Numbered from the stretch's first letter, positions 49,566 through 60,218 are shown. The stretch is 64,000 nt of DNA from Candidatus Latescibacterota bacterium (GCA_965206595.1 OZ242214.1:3264001-3328000); one strand, 5' to 3'. Notes: generated from the letters alone by a model not told the origin. A program made the numbers and translations.

Positions 49566-52500
49566 ACGCGCACGAAGTGCCCGAGCCGATTCTCAATTCA
49601 CCATTCGAGGAACCGACGAAGCACTGGTGGATCACGGAGCATGAACCGCCTGAGCGGCGTTCAGGCAGGCGTCCGGCCATGTACTATTACCGGCGACCGG
49701 GTATTGAGCCGTCGTTGGACCAGCAAGGGGTCGGCACGGCCATTGAGTTGAAGCTCGTCAATCGAGTCCGCGCCAAGCTCGCCGAGTGGCGGCCCTTGGC
49801 GTTGCGCGGCGAAGGCGGCGTGACCCGGACCACAATGGAATTGATGCGTTACTGGCGGCAGGATGGGCGGAAGCACCGGTTGTTCTTCGCTCAGATCGAG
49901 GCCGCCGAGACCATCATCTTCCTCACCGAGGCGCGCCCGGACTTCCTGCAAGGGATTCGGGTGCCGCTGGACGAGCCGGGTGAGGAGGCGCAGGCGGACG
50001 GTATCCGGGCTTTCCGCCGCTACGCGTGCAAGATGGCAACGGGCACGGGCAAGACCACCGTCATGGGCATGCTCGCTGCCTGGAGCATTCTCAACAAAGT
50101 GGCGGCACGGGGCGATGCCCGCTATTCGGATGCGGTGTTGATCGTCTGTCCCAACATAACCATCCGTAACCGGCTCGAGGAATTGAAGCCGCAGGCGGGG
50201 GGGGCTAGCCTCTATCGCACACGCGACCTTGTTCCGTCACACCTGATGCCCCACCTCACGCGCGGGTATGTGCTTGTCACCAACTGGCACGTGTTCGAGC
50301 CGAAGACCGCCCAGGTCGCAGGTCAGTCGGCCAAGGTCCTTCGTGCCGGGCGGGAAGTCCGCACCAGAGAGCGTATCCGCATAGGCCCCAAGACAACGAC
50401 GGCACGTGGCCTGCGCTATCTGACTTTGGAGGATCTGGAACGGCAGGTTGCCACCGGACTGGTCGAGGTCAGTGAGGAACACCGGGACTCGCAAGGGAAT
50501 CTCAAGTCGGTGTCCGTCGAATCGTTCCGTTACGTCGAGAGTGACGCCAAGCTGATCGAACGCGTTCTCGGGCGCGAGATCGGTGGCAAGAGAAACCTCC
50601 TGGTCATGAACGACGAGGCGCACCACGCATACCGGCTCAGGCGTTCAGAGCCGGACGTGAGCGAGGAGAGCCTGTTCGGGGAAGCAGATGAGGATGAGGA
50701 GTTCTTTCGAGAGGCGACGGTGTGGATCGATGGTCTCGATCGGATCCACAAGCATCGAGACATCAACTTGTGTGTGGATCTCTCCGCCACACCTTACTAC
50801 TTGGGCAGGGTCGGGCAGGATGCCAACCGGCCGTTCCCTTGGGTAGTGAGTGATTTCGGGCTCGTCGATGCCATCGAGTCAGGTCTAGTCAAGATTCCCC
50901 AGCTTGCGGTTCGGGACACGACCGGCAGCCCAATCCCCGGCTACTTCAACATCTGGCGCTGGATCCTTCCGAAGTTGACTCCGGCGGAGCGTGGCGGCCG
51001 GCGGGGGGGTGTCAAGCCGGAGGCGGTGCTGAAGTACGCGCACGTTCCGGTCGCTATGCTTGGTGGTCTCTGGGAGCTGCTTCGTCAGGAGTGGGACCGG
51101 TGCGAGACTGACAGCCGTCCCCCCGTCTTCATTCTCGTGTGCAACAACACCGCCCTCGCCAAGGTCATCTATCGTTGGCTCGCGGAGGGCGAGGCGCCAG
51201 TTGGCATACCGCCTGCACGTCTAGATGGGTTGCGCAATTCGGACGGGAACCTTTACACCATACGCGTGGACTCCAAGGTCGTACGCGAGTCCGACAGCGG
51301 CCAGGCGAAGTCCGATGAAGACCGTTGGATGCGTCTGACCCTGGATACAGTAGGCAAGACCGACTGGCCGCGGGACGGACAGGGACGCCCCATCTATCCC
51401 GAAGATTTCGAAGTATTAGCGAAAAAGCTTGAACGTCCTCTCCATCCACCGGGTCGAGACGTGCGATGCATTGTCAGCGTCGGCATGCTGACCGAGGGAT
51501 GGGACTGCAACACCGTCACCCACATCGTCGGGCTTCGACCGTTCATGTCGCAATTGCTCTGCGAGCAAGTCGTGGGCAGAGGGCTGCGGCGCTCGAGCTA
51601 TGCCGTGGGGGAAGACGGCAAGCTGGGCGAGGAGGTTGCGAAGATATTCGGCGTTCCGTTCGAGATCGTGCCACTCAAAGAGAACCCCCAAGCCAACGGT
51701 CCGGTGCCGCCTCCGAAAGTTTGGCGAATACGGGCTGTTCCCGAAAAGGCCCATCTCGAGATCCAGTTCCCCCGTGTAGAGGGTTACACCCAAGGGATCA
51801 GGTACCGGGTGAAGATAGATTGGGAGAATATCGCCCCTCTCCGTCTGGATCCCCTGGACATTCCTCCCGAAGTGGAAATGAAGGTGGGTCTTCCGAGCAA
51901 CACCGGCCGGCCTTCGCTGGTGGGCCCCGGACATCTTGAGCGCGTGGACCTCAACCCTTACCGGATGAATCGCCGGCAGCAGCGGTTGGTGTTTGAAATG
52001 GCGCGGGATTTGACACGGGATTACCGGCAGCAACCCGGGTGCGAGGTACCGGCTCACATGCTGTTCACCCAACTCGCGACAATCGTCGATCGTTACCTAA
52101 AGGAGAAGGTGGTCCCCGTCGAGCCGGCGCGAGACATCGATGTATTCCTCTCTCCTTGGTATGGGTGGCTGGTGGAACGGCTCATCGCCGCTATACAACC
52201 CGACCACAGCGCCGGGGATGAGGCGATGGTACCGCGATACGAGAGTGGCCGAGAGCCCGGATCGACTGCCGAGGTCGACTTCGAGACACGGCAAGAGCCG
52301 TACCCGGTTGTCAAAAGCCACGTAAATGCCGTCGTGCCCGATACCATGCAATGGGAGCAATCAGCCGCTTACCGCCTGGACACCCATGAGCACGTGCACT
52401 CGTTCGTCAAGAACGCCGGTCTCGGTTTCGCGATTCCCTATGTGCATAACGGGGAGCAACACGAGTACTTGCCCGATTTCATCATCCGGTTGAAAGGAGA

Positions 52501-52681
52501 CGAGGCACGCTTTCTGATCCTGGAAACCAAGGGCTATGATCCGCTCGCCGAAGTGAAGTCGCAGGCGGCTCACCGGTGGGCCCAGGCGGTCAACGCCGAC
52601 GGTGGGTTCGGGTCTTGGCAGTACAGGCTGGTTTCGGACATTGGCAAGGTCGGTGAGACGGTCGGTAGGGCGGTGGGATAG
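49562..52681 (+). CDS. res: Type III RM restriction endonuclease
   Basis: PILNSPFEEP, MATGTGKT, DEAHH, LSATP, MLTEGWD, QVVGRGLRR, and the C-terminal nuclease motif YLPDF..LETKG. Confidence 0.9.
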   Translation: MNAHEVPEPILNSPFEEPTKHWWITEHEPPERRSGRRPAMYYYRRPGIEPSLDQQGVGTAIELKLVNRVRAKLAEWRPLALRGEGGVTRTTMELMRYWRQDGRKHRLFFAQIEAAETIIFLTEARPDFLQGIRVPLDEPGEEAQADGIRAFRRYACKMATGTGKTTVMGMLAAWSILNKVAARGDARYSDAVLIVCPNITIRNRLEELKPQAGGASLYRTRDLVPSHLMPHLTRGYVLVTNWHVFEPKTAQVAGQSAKVLRAGREVRTRERIRIGPKTTTARGLRYLTLEDLERQVATGLVEVSEEHRDSQGNLKSVSVESFRYVESDAKLIERVLGREIGGKRNLLVMNDEAHHAYRLRRSEPDVSEESLFGEADEDEEFFREATVWIDGLDRIHKHRDINLCVDLSATPYYLGRVGQDANRPFPWVVSDFGLVDAIESGLVKIPQLAVRDTTGSPIPGYFNIWRWILPKLTPAERGGRRGGVKPEAVLKYAHVPVAMLGGLWELLRQEWDRCETDSRPPVFILVCNNTALAKVIYRWLAEGEAPVGIPPARLDGLRNSDGNLYTIRVDSKVVRESDSGQAKSDEDRWMRLTLDTVGKTDWPRDGQGRPIYPEDFEVLAKKLERPLHPPGRDVRCIVSVGMLTEGWDCNTVTHIVGLRPFMSQLLCEQVVGRGLRRSSYAVGEDGKLGEEVAKIFGVPFEIVPLKENPQANGPVPPPKVWRIRAVPEKAHLEIQFPRVEGYTQGIRYRVKIDWENIAPLRLDPLDIPPEVEMKVGLPSNTGRPSLVGPGHLERVDLNPYRMNRRQQRLVFEMARDLTRDYRQQPGCEVPAHMLFTQLATIVDRYLKEKVVPVEPARDIDVFLSPWYGWLVERLIAAIQPDHSAGDEAMVPRYESGREPGSTAEVDFETRQEPYPVVKSHVNAVVPDTMQWEQSAAYRLDTHEHVHSFVKNAGLGFAIPYVHNGEQHEYLPDFIIRLKGDEARFLILETKGYDPLAEVKSQAAHRWAQAVNADGGFGSWQYRLVSDIGKVGETVGRAVG

Positions 52682-52979
52682 GAGATGCAGGTGCTGACGA
52701 GGACACTTGAAGCAGGAGGTGTCTTCCACTGGCTGGGGTTCGCATCGCCTTCGCCGTTTTTTCGCTGCTGGTTCCCAGGAAGACTTGGTACCGCTGGCAA
52801 TGAACACCGGGATAGCCAACTGGATGCATGCTGGGGTTCTCGAAGAGTTCGATGCAAACTCATCTGGTGAAGGTACGTTGCCCAGGAGATTTCCAGAAAG
52901 CTTAGCTTGCGTACCCTGCAGCCGACCATTAGAGCAAGGCCGTAAACGAACCACTTTCAAAAAAACCGGAGGGTCCCGA

Positions 52980-55178
52980 ATGAACCAAGTCAAGCTCGAG
53001 CTACGCAATTGCTACGGAATCCGCGAATTGACTCATGATTTCGACTTTTCCAATCGAAAAGCCTATGCAATATACGCGCCTAACGGTTCTATGAAGACAT
53101 CTTTCGCTCAGACTTTTCAAGACGTCGCAGACGGAAAACCGTCGATCGACAGAATCTTCCAATCACGCTCCACCGTCAGAACAATCACTGACGAAAACGA
53201 CACCGACCTATCATCCGAAAGCGTACTCGTTCTACCCCCATATGACGAATTTTTCGGACACAATGAAAAAACCTCCACACTTCTGCTGAACAACACCCTT
53301 CGCAGGGAATACGAAAGTCTACACGCGGATATAGATAGATCCAAATCGACCTTTTTGAAGGCAATGAAAAAGCAGTCTGGCTCAAGAAAACAGCTAGACC
53401 GTGAAATCGCGCTAGCCTTCACAAAGAGCGATGACGACGAGTCCTTTTTCCAAGCATTAGAACGAGTGAACACCGAGGTGAAGGAACAGCCGGACGCCCC
53501 GTTTGCGCATGTTAAATACGACATAATGTTTGAAGACAGGATAGTGGAAGCTCTAAAGACTCCTGCCTTGTCGGGTGCAATCCAGGATTACATTCTCAGG
53601 TATAACGAGTTGCTAGATACTTCAACCTATTTCAAAAGGGGGGTTTTTGAATACTACAATGCCGGCCAAGTAGCGAAAAACCTTGCGTCCAACGGCTTCT
53701 TTGAGGCCAAACACAGCTTAACACTACATGCCAACACCAAAACAGAAATCACAACCCAGACTGAACTGGAAACTCTTGTTTCGCAGGAACTCGACGAAAT
53801 AACAAACGATCCCAAATTAAAAGACAATTTTGAACAAATTAAAAAGCAGTTAGAAAAGCATGCGAAACTAAGAGAATTCCAGAAATATCTTTGCAACGAC
53901 GAGCTGCTTCTACCGCATTTGGAAAATGTGGACCTATTTAAGGAAAAAATCTGGAAATCTTATTTCAAGGCAAAAGAGACTCTGTATGAAGATCTTCTTT
54001 CGGTGTATAGGGATGGCAAAGAAAAACTGAAGTCGATTGAAAATACAGCGCGAGGCGAGAGCACACACTGGGAAGCCGCAATAGACCTGTTCAACGACCG
54101 ATTTATTGTACCGTTCAAACTTGAAGCAAAGAACAAAGCGGCGGTCGTCTTTGGCCACGATCCGATGCTCGACCTTGGTTATACCTTCAGCGAGGGCGGC
54201 GAATCCGCGCCTCTAAAGCGGGAAGAACTGATGAAGTCTCTCAGCCAGGGGGAGAAAAAAGCTCTTTACATCCTAAATATCATTTTCGAAATCGAAGTTC
54301 GGAGGCACACCCAACAGCAGACACTCTTCGTTGTGGATGACATAGCCGACTCGTTTGACTACAAGAATAAGTACGCGATTATTCAATATCTACAGGATGT
54401 TTCCGATGATCCTCTTTTCAAGCAGATTATATTAACGCATAATTTTGACTTTTTTCGGACTATTCACAGTCGGTTTATTGGCTATCCAGGTTGCCTCATG
54501 GCGACTAAAAGCGATACAAAGATCGAACTTTCCCAGGCATTTGGGATCCGGAATCCGTTTCTTTTGGACTGGAAGGCCGCATTTTTTATTGACAAAAAGA
54601 AGAGGGTTGCATCGATTTCATTTATGCGAAATCTAATTGAGCACCTCCACGGACATCAGGATCCTAACTACGCACAGCTGACTTCACTCCTGCATTGGCA
54701 ACCTGGGTCCTCAGACAAAATTATCCAGAGCCAACTAGATACCGTTTATAAGTCCCTCTTTGGTGAAGCGACTGAACAGTTTTCCGAAGAGGAAGAACTC
54801 GTGGTAGACATGATTCTGGACGAAGCCAATGATTGCCTAAACACTGATCAAGGAGTCAATTTTGAACACAAAATCGTTCTCTCTATCGCCATAAGAATAA
54901 CTGCCGAGCGATTTATGGTCGATAAGATAGCGGATCCTGCCTTTCTGGCCACAATTTCCTCTAACCAAACGCCAAAGCTGGTCAAAAAATTCATGGGCCG
55001 GTTCAGCAAAGAAACCACCGCAATTAAGGTGCTGAACAGAGTTGCACTGATGACCCCGGAGAACATTCATCTTAATGCCTTTATGTACGAACCGATTCTT
55101 GATATGTCGGACGACTCGCTAAAGGCCCTATTTATCGACGTTTCTGATCTTGCAAATCTGAAAGATCGGGTCGATTGA
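52980..55178 (+). CDS. RloC-like ABC/SMC ATPase with helical HEPN-like C-terminus
   Basis: YAPNGSMKTS, a long coiled coil, LSQGEK, VVDDIADSFD and LTHNFDF; strongly AT-rich. The start is probably MNQVK at 52980. Confidence 0.72.
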   Translation: MNQVKLELRNCYGIRELTHDFDFSNRKAYAIYAPNGSMKTSFAQTFQDVADGKPSIDRIFQSRSTVRTITDENDTDLSSESVLVLPPYDEFFGHNEKTSTLLLNNTLRREYESLHADIDRSKSTFLKAMKKQSGSRKQLDREIALAFTKSDDDESFFQALERVNTEVKEQPDAPFAHVKYDIMFEDRIVEALKTPALSGAIQDYILRYNELLDTSTYFKRGVFEYYNAGQVAKNLASNGFFEAKHSLTLHANTKTEITTQTELETLVSQELDEITNDPKLKDNFEQIKKQLEKHAKLREFQKYLCNDELLLPHLENVDLFKEKIWKSYFKAKETLYEDLLSVYRDGKEKLKSIENTARGESTHWEAAIDLFNDRFIVPFKLEAKNKAAVVFGHDPMLDLGYTFSEGGESAPLKREELMKSLSQGEKKALYILNIIFEIEVRRHTQQQTLFVVDDIADSFDYKNKYAIIQYLQDVSDDPLFKQIILTHNFDFFRTIHSRFIGYPGCLMATKSDTKIELSQAFGIRNPFLLDWKAAFFIDKKKRVASISFMRNLIEHLHGHQDPNYAQLTSLLHWQPGSSDKIIQSQLDTVYKSLFGEATEQFSEEEELVVDMILDEANDCLNTDQGVNFEHKIVLSIAIRITAERFMVDKIADPAFLATISSNQTPKLVKKFMGRFSKETTAIKVLNRVALMTPENIHLNAFMYEPILDMSDDSLKALFIDVSDLANLKDRVD

Positions 55179-55184
55179 TCCACG

Positions 55185-55538
55185 ATGCCGGCGAAAACAC
55201 CCGTGACCGACGAACTCATCGACGGGATGGTGAGAGCCCTCGTGAACGAGGTGAACCCCGAACAGGTGATCCTGTTCGGATCTCGGGCCCGCGGAGACGA
55301 GCGCGAGGACTCCGACATCGACTTGATCGTCGTGGAAACGGAGCCCTTCGGTCCGGACCGGAGCCGGCACAAGGAACTGTCGAGGCTGTATCGAGCACTG
55401 GCCGGGTTTCGCGTCGCCGCCGAGGTTCTGGTCTATTCCCGGGAGGATGTGGACTATTGGCGGGACTCGCTCAACCACGTCCTGGCGCGAGGGCTGCGCG
55501 AAGGGAAGGTTCTCTATGACCGGAACGCGCGACCTTAA
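55185..55538 (+). CDS. Minimal nucleotidyltransferase (MNT) antitoxin
   Basis: PEQVILFGSRARGD..DSDIDLIVV and EGKVLY motifs. Confidence 0.9.
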   Translation: MPAKTPVTDELIDGMVRALVNEVNPEQVILFGSRARGDEREDSDIDLIVVETEPFGPDRSRHKELSRLYRALAGFRVAAEVLVYSREDVDYWRDSLNHVLARGLREGKVLYDRNARP

Positions 55539-55917
55539 GTGTGCCACGGCGCTTTTTGCCGCCGCTGATCGCGACCTGATGACCGTGCGCAGCATGACCG
55601 CGGACGCTCCGATCGAGTCCATTGGGTTTCACCTGCAGCAGGCCGCCGAGATGGCCCTGAAGGCCTGGTTGGCGGCTCTCGGCGAAACGTACCCCCTGAC
55701 TCACAACCTCGGTACGTTGCTCGGTCTTCTTTCTGATCGCGGCGTTGCCGTAGAGCTGTTTGAGGAGTTGGCGGATCTCACACCGTATGCCGTGGAGTTC
55801 CGGTACGAAGCGGCGCCGGACGATGCCGATGGCATTGAATTGGACGACGCGTCAGCACTCGTTCAGGCGTTGCTATCTGAGGTTCGTTGCCTGCTGGGCG
55901 TATCCGGGCAGGATTGA
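55516..55917 (+). CDS. HEPN-domain protein of MNT-HEPN pair
   Basis: GFHLQQAAEMALKA..YPLTHNL..LTPYAVEFRY; overlaps the MNT gene. Confidence 0.85.
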   Translation: MTGTRDLKCATALFAAADRDLMTVRSMTADAPIESIGFHLQQAAEMALKAWLAALGETYPLTHNLGTLLGLLSDRGVAVELFEELADLTPYAVEFRYEAAPDDADGIELDDASALVQALLSEVRCLLGVSGQD

Positions 55918-56074
55918 GGCGTACAGCCGGCGCCGTTACAGCGCGTTGCATGGAAGCCCTGGAGGGAGGGATCCTTTCATGGCGGAAAATCCTTCCCAAC
56001 AGCATCGTCCCGATCTCTGCCAGCGGCTTGACGCTTACCGGTCGCATCATCTGTGGAAAGACGACCAATGCCTT

Positions 56075-56455
56075 TCAATCCAGGACCGTCGCGTCCAAGG
56101 CAGCATGCGGTTCTACCTCTTGCTCTATTTGGAGACGTATCGTGCGCTCCGCGATATCGAGATCGTAACGCGTCTGAAGATTGATCCAGAACTCAGGCGT
56201 CATGCCGAAATAGCGACCAAGGCGGAGCGCGGTATCTGTTGTGACGCCACGGCGTCCGAGCACGATATCGTTCAGTCTCGGACGCGAAACCTTGATCGCC
56301 CGGGCAAGCCGGTACACGCTGATCCCCATCGGAGTCAGGAATTCATCGCGCAGAATCTCGCCGGGATGCACCGGCGGCAGCCGTCGCCCGGAGGCCACAT
56401 CCGAGAAATCAACCTCTCGCCTGTCAAGCTCTTCCCGTTTTATGGTCATACTCAT
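56075..56455 (-). CDS. higA: HigA-family antitoxin
   Basis: PVHPGEILRDEFL, TALRLGRYFG.TPEFWINLQ..YDL motifs. Confidence 0.92.
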   Translation of the reverse strand: MSMTIKREELDRREVDFSDVASGRRLPPVHPGEILRDEFLTPMGISVYRLARAIKVSRPRLNDIVLGRRGVTTDTALRLGRYFGMTPEFWINLQTRYDLDIAERTIRLQIEQEVEPHAALDATVLD

Positions 56456-56463
56456 TTGCCTCC

Positions 56464-56811
56464 TCAGTGGTAGTCAACGATCTCGACCCCCCATGCTTCT
56501 CCATCGCGCCAGACGAAGCAGATTCGCCATCGGTCATTGACTCGAATACTGTGCTGACCTCGGCGGTCCCCCCGTAAAGCTTCGAGACGATTGCCCGGGG
56601 GTGCGTGCAGATCGCCAAGCCGGCCGGCTGCGTCAATCGCCAGCAGCTTCGCCCGCGCTCGTTGCTGGAGCTCTGTGGGCATGCCGCGAACAGCATGGCC
56701 GGCGAAGATCGCCGCAGTGCGCTTGTTCGCAAGGCCCTCGTTGGTCCCGGAGGTTTGACGGCCAGGGGCCGTGGACTCTGAAGTATGATCGTCCCTCCTT
56801 GACGACCTCAT
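56464..56811 (-). CDS. higB: HigB/RelE-family toxin (start uncertain)
   Basis: PPGNRLEALRGDRRGQHSIRVNDRWRICFVW..VEIVDYH, upstream of higA. Confidence 0.85.
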   Translation of the reverse strand: MRSSRRDDHTSESTAPGRQTSGTNEGLANKRTAAIFAGHAVRGMPTELQQRARAKLLAIDAAGRLGDLHAPPGNRLEALRGDRRGQHSIRVNDRWRICFVWRDGEAWGVEIVDYH

Positions 56812-56999
56812 ATACTAATCAGTGGGAGGCTTACCAGTCCGCCGCCAGTGTCTGGGAGGGGGTGTTGCCGGCAGTGGGGGACTGCGTTGCCCAGCCCCCA
56901 TCCACCGCTCCGGCAGCGCCCATCGGGTGAACGGGCGCTTTCTCCGGGAACGGTCAGCTCTGGCGAAGAAGATTCCAGGAAGAAAGGGGAGGCAAGCAA

Positions 57000-57821
57000 A
57001 TGGTTGCTGAACAGAACGATATAAAGGAACAGGTCAGGGAACGGTATGGAGCCCACGCCCGGCGGGCCATCGAGCCCGGTCCCGTCGTGGAGGGTGGAGT
57101 CGACAACCAGGCCGGAGGGAGCTGCTGCGAACCTGCCGCCTCTTCCTGCTGCGCGCCGGAGGACCCGGAACATGCCATGCGGCTGTACACCGAGGGGCAG
57201 ATGGACGGCCTGCCCATCGAATCGCTGGCAGCCTCCGCGGGATGCGGCAACCCGACGGCCCTGGCCGGACTCCAGCCCGGGGAGAGGGTGCTGGACCTGG
57301 GTTCCGGCGGCGGCATCGACTGCTTCCTGGCGGCGCAGCAGGTCGGCGAAACCGGGCGCGTTACGGGGCTGGACATGACCCCGGAGATGCTGGAGCTGGC
57401 CCGCAGGAACCAGGCTGCCCTCGGTGTCGCCAATGTCGAGTTCGTCAAGGGGGAGATGGAGTCCATGCCCCTGCCGAGCGACTCCTTCGACGTCATCATC
57501 TCCAACTGCGTCATCTGCCTGTCGCCCGACAAGGATGCCGTGTTCAGCGAGAGCTTCCGGGTCCTTGCCCCCGGCGGACGCATCCACCTGTCCGACCTGC
57601 TTGCCCTGACGCCCGAAGGCCCGGCGGCCACCGATGCCGAGGCATGGGTGGCCTGCGCCGCGGGCACGGAGTACCGCGATGCCTACGTCGACCGCCTGCG
57701 CCGCGCCGGTTTCGAGGAGATCGAAATCAGCGGTGAAGGCGTCGAATTCCGGGACGAATCGGAAAAGGGCGTCTACGCCAATACGGCCAACTGCAAGGTG
57801 ACGGCGCGGAAGCCTGCCTGA
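57000..57821 (+). CDS. arsM: Arsenite methyltransferase
   Basis: [41 protein letters not shown] and WVAC motifs. Confidence 0.88.
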   Translation: MVAEQNDIKEQVRERYGAHARRAIEPGPVVEGGVDNQAGGSCCEPAASSCCAPEDPEHAMRLYTEGQMDGLPIESLAASAGCGNPTALAGLQPGERVLDLGSGGGIDCFLAAQQVGETGRVTGLDMTPEMLELARRNQAALGVANVEFVKGEMESMPLPSDSFDVIISNCVICLSPDKDAVFSESFRVLAPGGRIHLSDLLALTPEGPAATDAEAWVACAAGTEYRDAYVDRLRRAGFEEIEISGEGVEFRDESEKGVYANTANCKVTARKPA

Positions 57822-58089
57822 GGTTCGGCAGATTCGCCTCGTTGCAGTAGACCGGCTCGCCCCCTTCATCAACACCAGCGCGATCCCCTTCGGGCCTTCT
57901 CCCAAGAGGCAGCCGGTTGCCCCCGCTCCGGGGTCAGGTGTTCCTGGAACGGCCTCCCTTCTCCACGCGGCGTCCATTTGTGGACGCCTGTCGTCCATCG
58001 ATGGACGATCACCTCCGTGCTAAAATCCTTAACCAATTGTTTTTACTGCACTTTGATTCTGGCACGCTACTTGCGCAACGATCCCCATC

Positions 58090-59346
58090 ATGGACATGGA
58101 CCGGCCACTTACAGACGAACAGATCTGGAGAAGACGAGCGCGAAGGGCGGCTCCGGTGATCGGATTCTCCCTTGCCGCAGGCCTGGCCGCGGCGGTTCTC
58201 CCGGGTTGGGTCGCCCCGAGTCTCGAACGCCGCAATCTCCTGATTTCCACGGTGGACACAGGCCCCGTGGAGGCGGGTATAAGCGGTGCCGGAGTCATCG
58301 AGCCTTTGACGGAGCACGTTCTCTTTTCTCCCGTCGATGCCGCGGTACGCGGGATTCTGCGACAGCCTGGCGACCCGGTTGCCCCGCGGGAGGTGGTTTT
58401 TCACCTCGACGTCAGTCGCTTGCGGCGGGATCTGGAGCAACGGCAGGGTGAAATCGACCTGCTCGCCAATCGCAGGACCCAGACCGGGACCGAACATCAA
58501 CAGCAGATGGACGATTTGCAGATGAAGCTGCGCATGACACGGCTGTCGGCGGATGCTCTGGCGGTCAAGGCCCGGCAGACCCGCGAAATGCTGGAGTTCG
58601 GGGGCGTATCGAAAAACGCACTCGGCGAAATCGAGCTCGACCGGAAACGGGTTTCACTGGAACTGGAACAGCTGCAACGCCAGCAGACCCGGCTGCGCGC
58701 AGCCTTCATCAGCCGGCTCGAAGCGATCGAGCTGGAGTCGGCGGCGCTGCAGCTCAAGGTCGACCAGCTCCGGGAGGACCTGGCCTACGGCTCACTGCGC
58801 AGCTCGGTAAACGGTATCGTCACCCGGATCGGTGTCGAGGTGGGGGCAACGGTTCGGAAGGGCTCGGAGATTGCTCGCATCGCCGATCTGAGCGCCTACA
58901 GGGCGGACGTCGTCGTTCCTGATATCCACGCCGATCTCCTCGCGCCGCAGATGCCGGTCCGCCTGGTGCTGTCCGATAATCGGGAACTGAGCGGCTGGAT
59001 CGAGCACGTCTTCCCCACCTCCGAGTCGAGCGCCGTACATCTTGATGTCCGCCTGAAGGAACCTTCCCATGGCGCCCTGCGGCCGAAGATGCGGGTGGAG
59101 GCCTGGATCGTCACGGAACGCCGGGCGCAGGTGCCTCGCCTGCCCAAGGGACCGATCCCCCGCGACGAACTGGGGGTGCGCCAGGCGTTCGTCCTGCGCG
59201 GGGAAAGCGCGGTCAGGACGCCGGTCAAGCTCGGCCTGATCGGTCGCAGCTATTTCGAGGTGGCAGCGGGACTTTCTGTCGGAGACGAAGTGTTGGCCAT
59301 CGACACCCAGCGGTTCCTGCAACGGGATCGAATAGCGATCGAATAA
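58090..59346 (+). CDS. Efflux periplasmic adaptor (HlyD/MacA-like)
   Basis: N-terminal TM, lipoyl half-motifs (SPVDAAV..PGDPV; SSVNGIV..VGATVRKG) around a coiled coil. Confidence 0.85.
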   Translation: MDMDRPLTDEQIWRRRARRAAPVIGFSLAAGLAAAVLPGWVAPSLERRNLLISTVDTGPVEAGISGAGVIEPLTEHVLFSPVDAAVRGILRQPGDPVAPREVVFHLDVSRLRRDLEQRQGEIDLLANRRTQTGTEHQQQMDDLQMKLRMTRLSADALAVKARQTREMLEFGGVSKNALGEIELDRKRVSLELEQLQRQQTRLRAAFISRLEAIELESAALQLKVDQLREDLAYGSLRSSVNGIVTRIGVEVGATVRKGSEIARIADLSAYRADVVVPDIHADLLAPQMPVRLVLSDNRELSGWIEHVFPTSESSAVHLDVRLKEPSHGALRPKMRVEAWIVTERRAQVPRLPKGPIPRDELGVRQAFVLRGESAVRTPVKLGLIGRSYFEVAAGLSVGDEVLAIDTQRFLQRDRIAIE

Positions 59347-59360
59347 GGAGGGATGCGAGT

Positions 59361-60025
59361 ATGATCAGCCTGGTTGACGTGGAAAAGGTGTACCGGACCG
59401 ACCGCATCGAGACCCTGGCCCTGTCCGGAATAAACCTCGAGGTCGGATCGGGGGAGTTCGTTTCCGTGATGGGGCCGTGGGGTGCGGAAAGAGCACCCTG
59501 TTGAACCTGATGGGGCTGTTGGATGCCCCGACCAGCGGCGAGGTGGCCCTCGGCGGGAAGAGGATAGCCGCTTACAAGGACCGGCTGGTGGCGCGCATCC
59601 GCAACGAACGGGTCGGTTTCATCTTTCAGTCGTTCCACCTGATCCCCGACCTCAACGTGCTGGACAACGTCGAAATTCCGCTGCTCTACCGGAGGGGATC
59701 TCCGGCCGCGAGCGGCGCGCCCTGGTCGGGGAGGCCGTGGAGCGGGTGGGTCTCGCCTCCAGAAGCCGCCATTTCCCGGCGCAGCTTTCCGGGGGCCAGC
59801 AGCAGCGGATCGCCATCGCCCGCGCCATCGTCGGCAAGCCCGACCTCATCCTCGCCGACGAGCCCACCGGCAATCTCGACAAGCCGCATGGGGGATGAGG
59901 TGATGCAGATCCTGATCGACCTCAACGCTGGCGGAACCACCATCGTGATGGTGACCCACTCCGAGCCGCTGGCCGGGCGCACCCAGCGCATCCTCCGTCT
60001 TTTCGACGGCCGGCTGGTCAACTGA
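59361..60025 (+). pseudogene. ABC transporter ATP-binding protein (LolD/MacB-like) with about three frameshifts
   Basis: MISLVDVEKVY..MGP / [17 protein letters not shown] / [24 protein letters not shown] / TIVMVTH are spread over different frames. Only a stub of a downstream gene (MWKN at 60052, probably the permease) follows. Confidence 0.85.
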
Positions 60026-60218
60026 TGGGGCCGATCTGAGAGGAGCGAACCATGTGGAAGAACTTGCATCGTTATATCGTTATAGAGAATTGGGGCTGCT
60101 GACCCCGGAAGCGGAACATCACTGTCGCGCCGAGGAACTCCAGTCAGCGCGTTAACGCTTCCTCGATGACCGACAAACCTCGGGTCGGTTTTGTTTGTAG
60201 CGTTTTTACCAGTGCCTG

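Noticed and set aside
52707-52979. N-terminal extension of the 823-aa ORF (similarly 9340-9480, 11496-11633, 61250-61477)
   Set aside because: Better starts with an RBS, signal peptide or family N-terminus lie downstream, and the extensions look non-coding.
59470-59890. Programmed frameshifting in the ABC ATPase, rbsK or PIN genes
   Set aside because: There are multiple scattered indels without slippery heptamers or stimulatory structures; decay or sequencing error is more likely.
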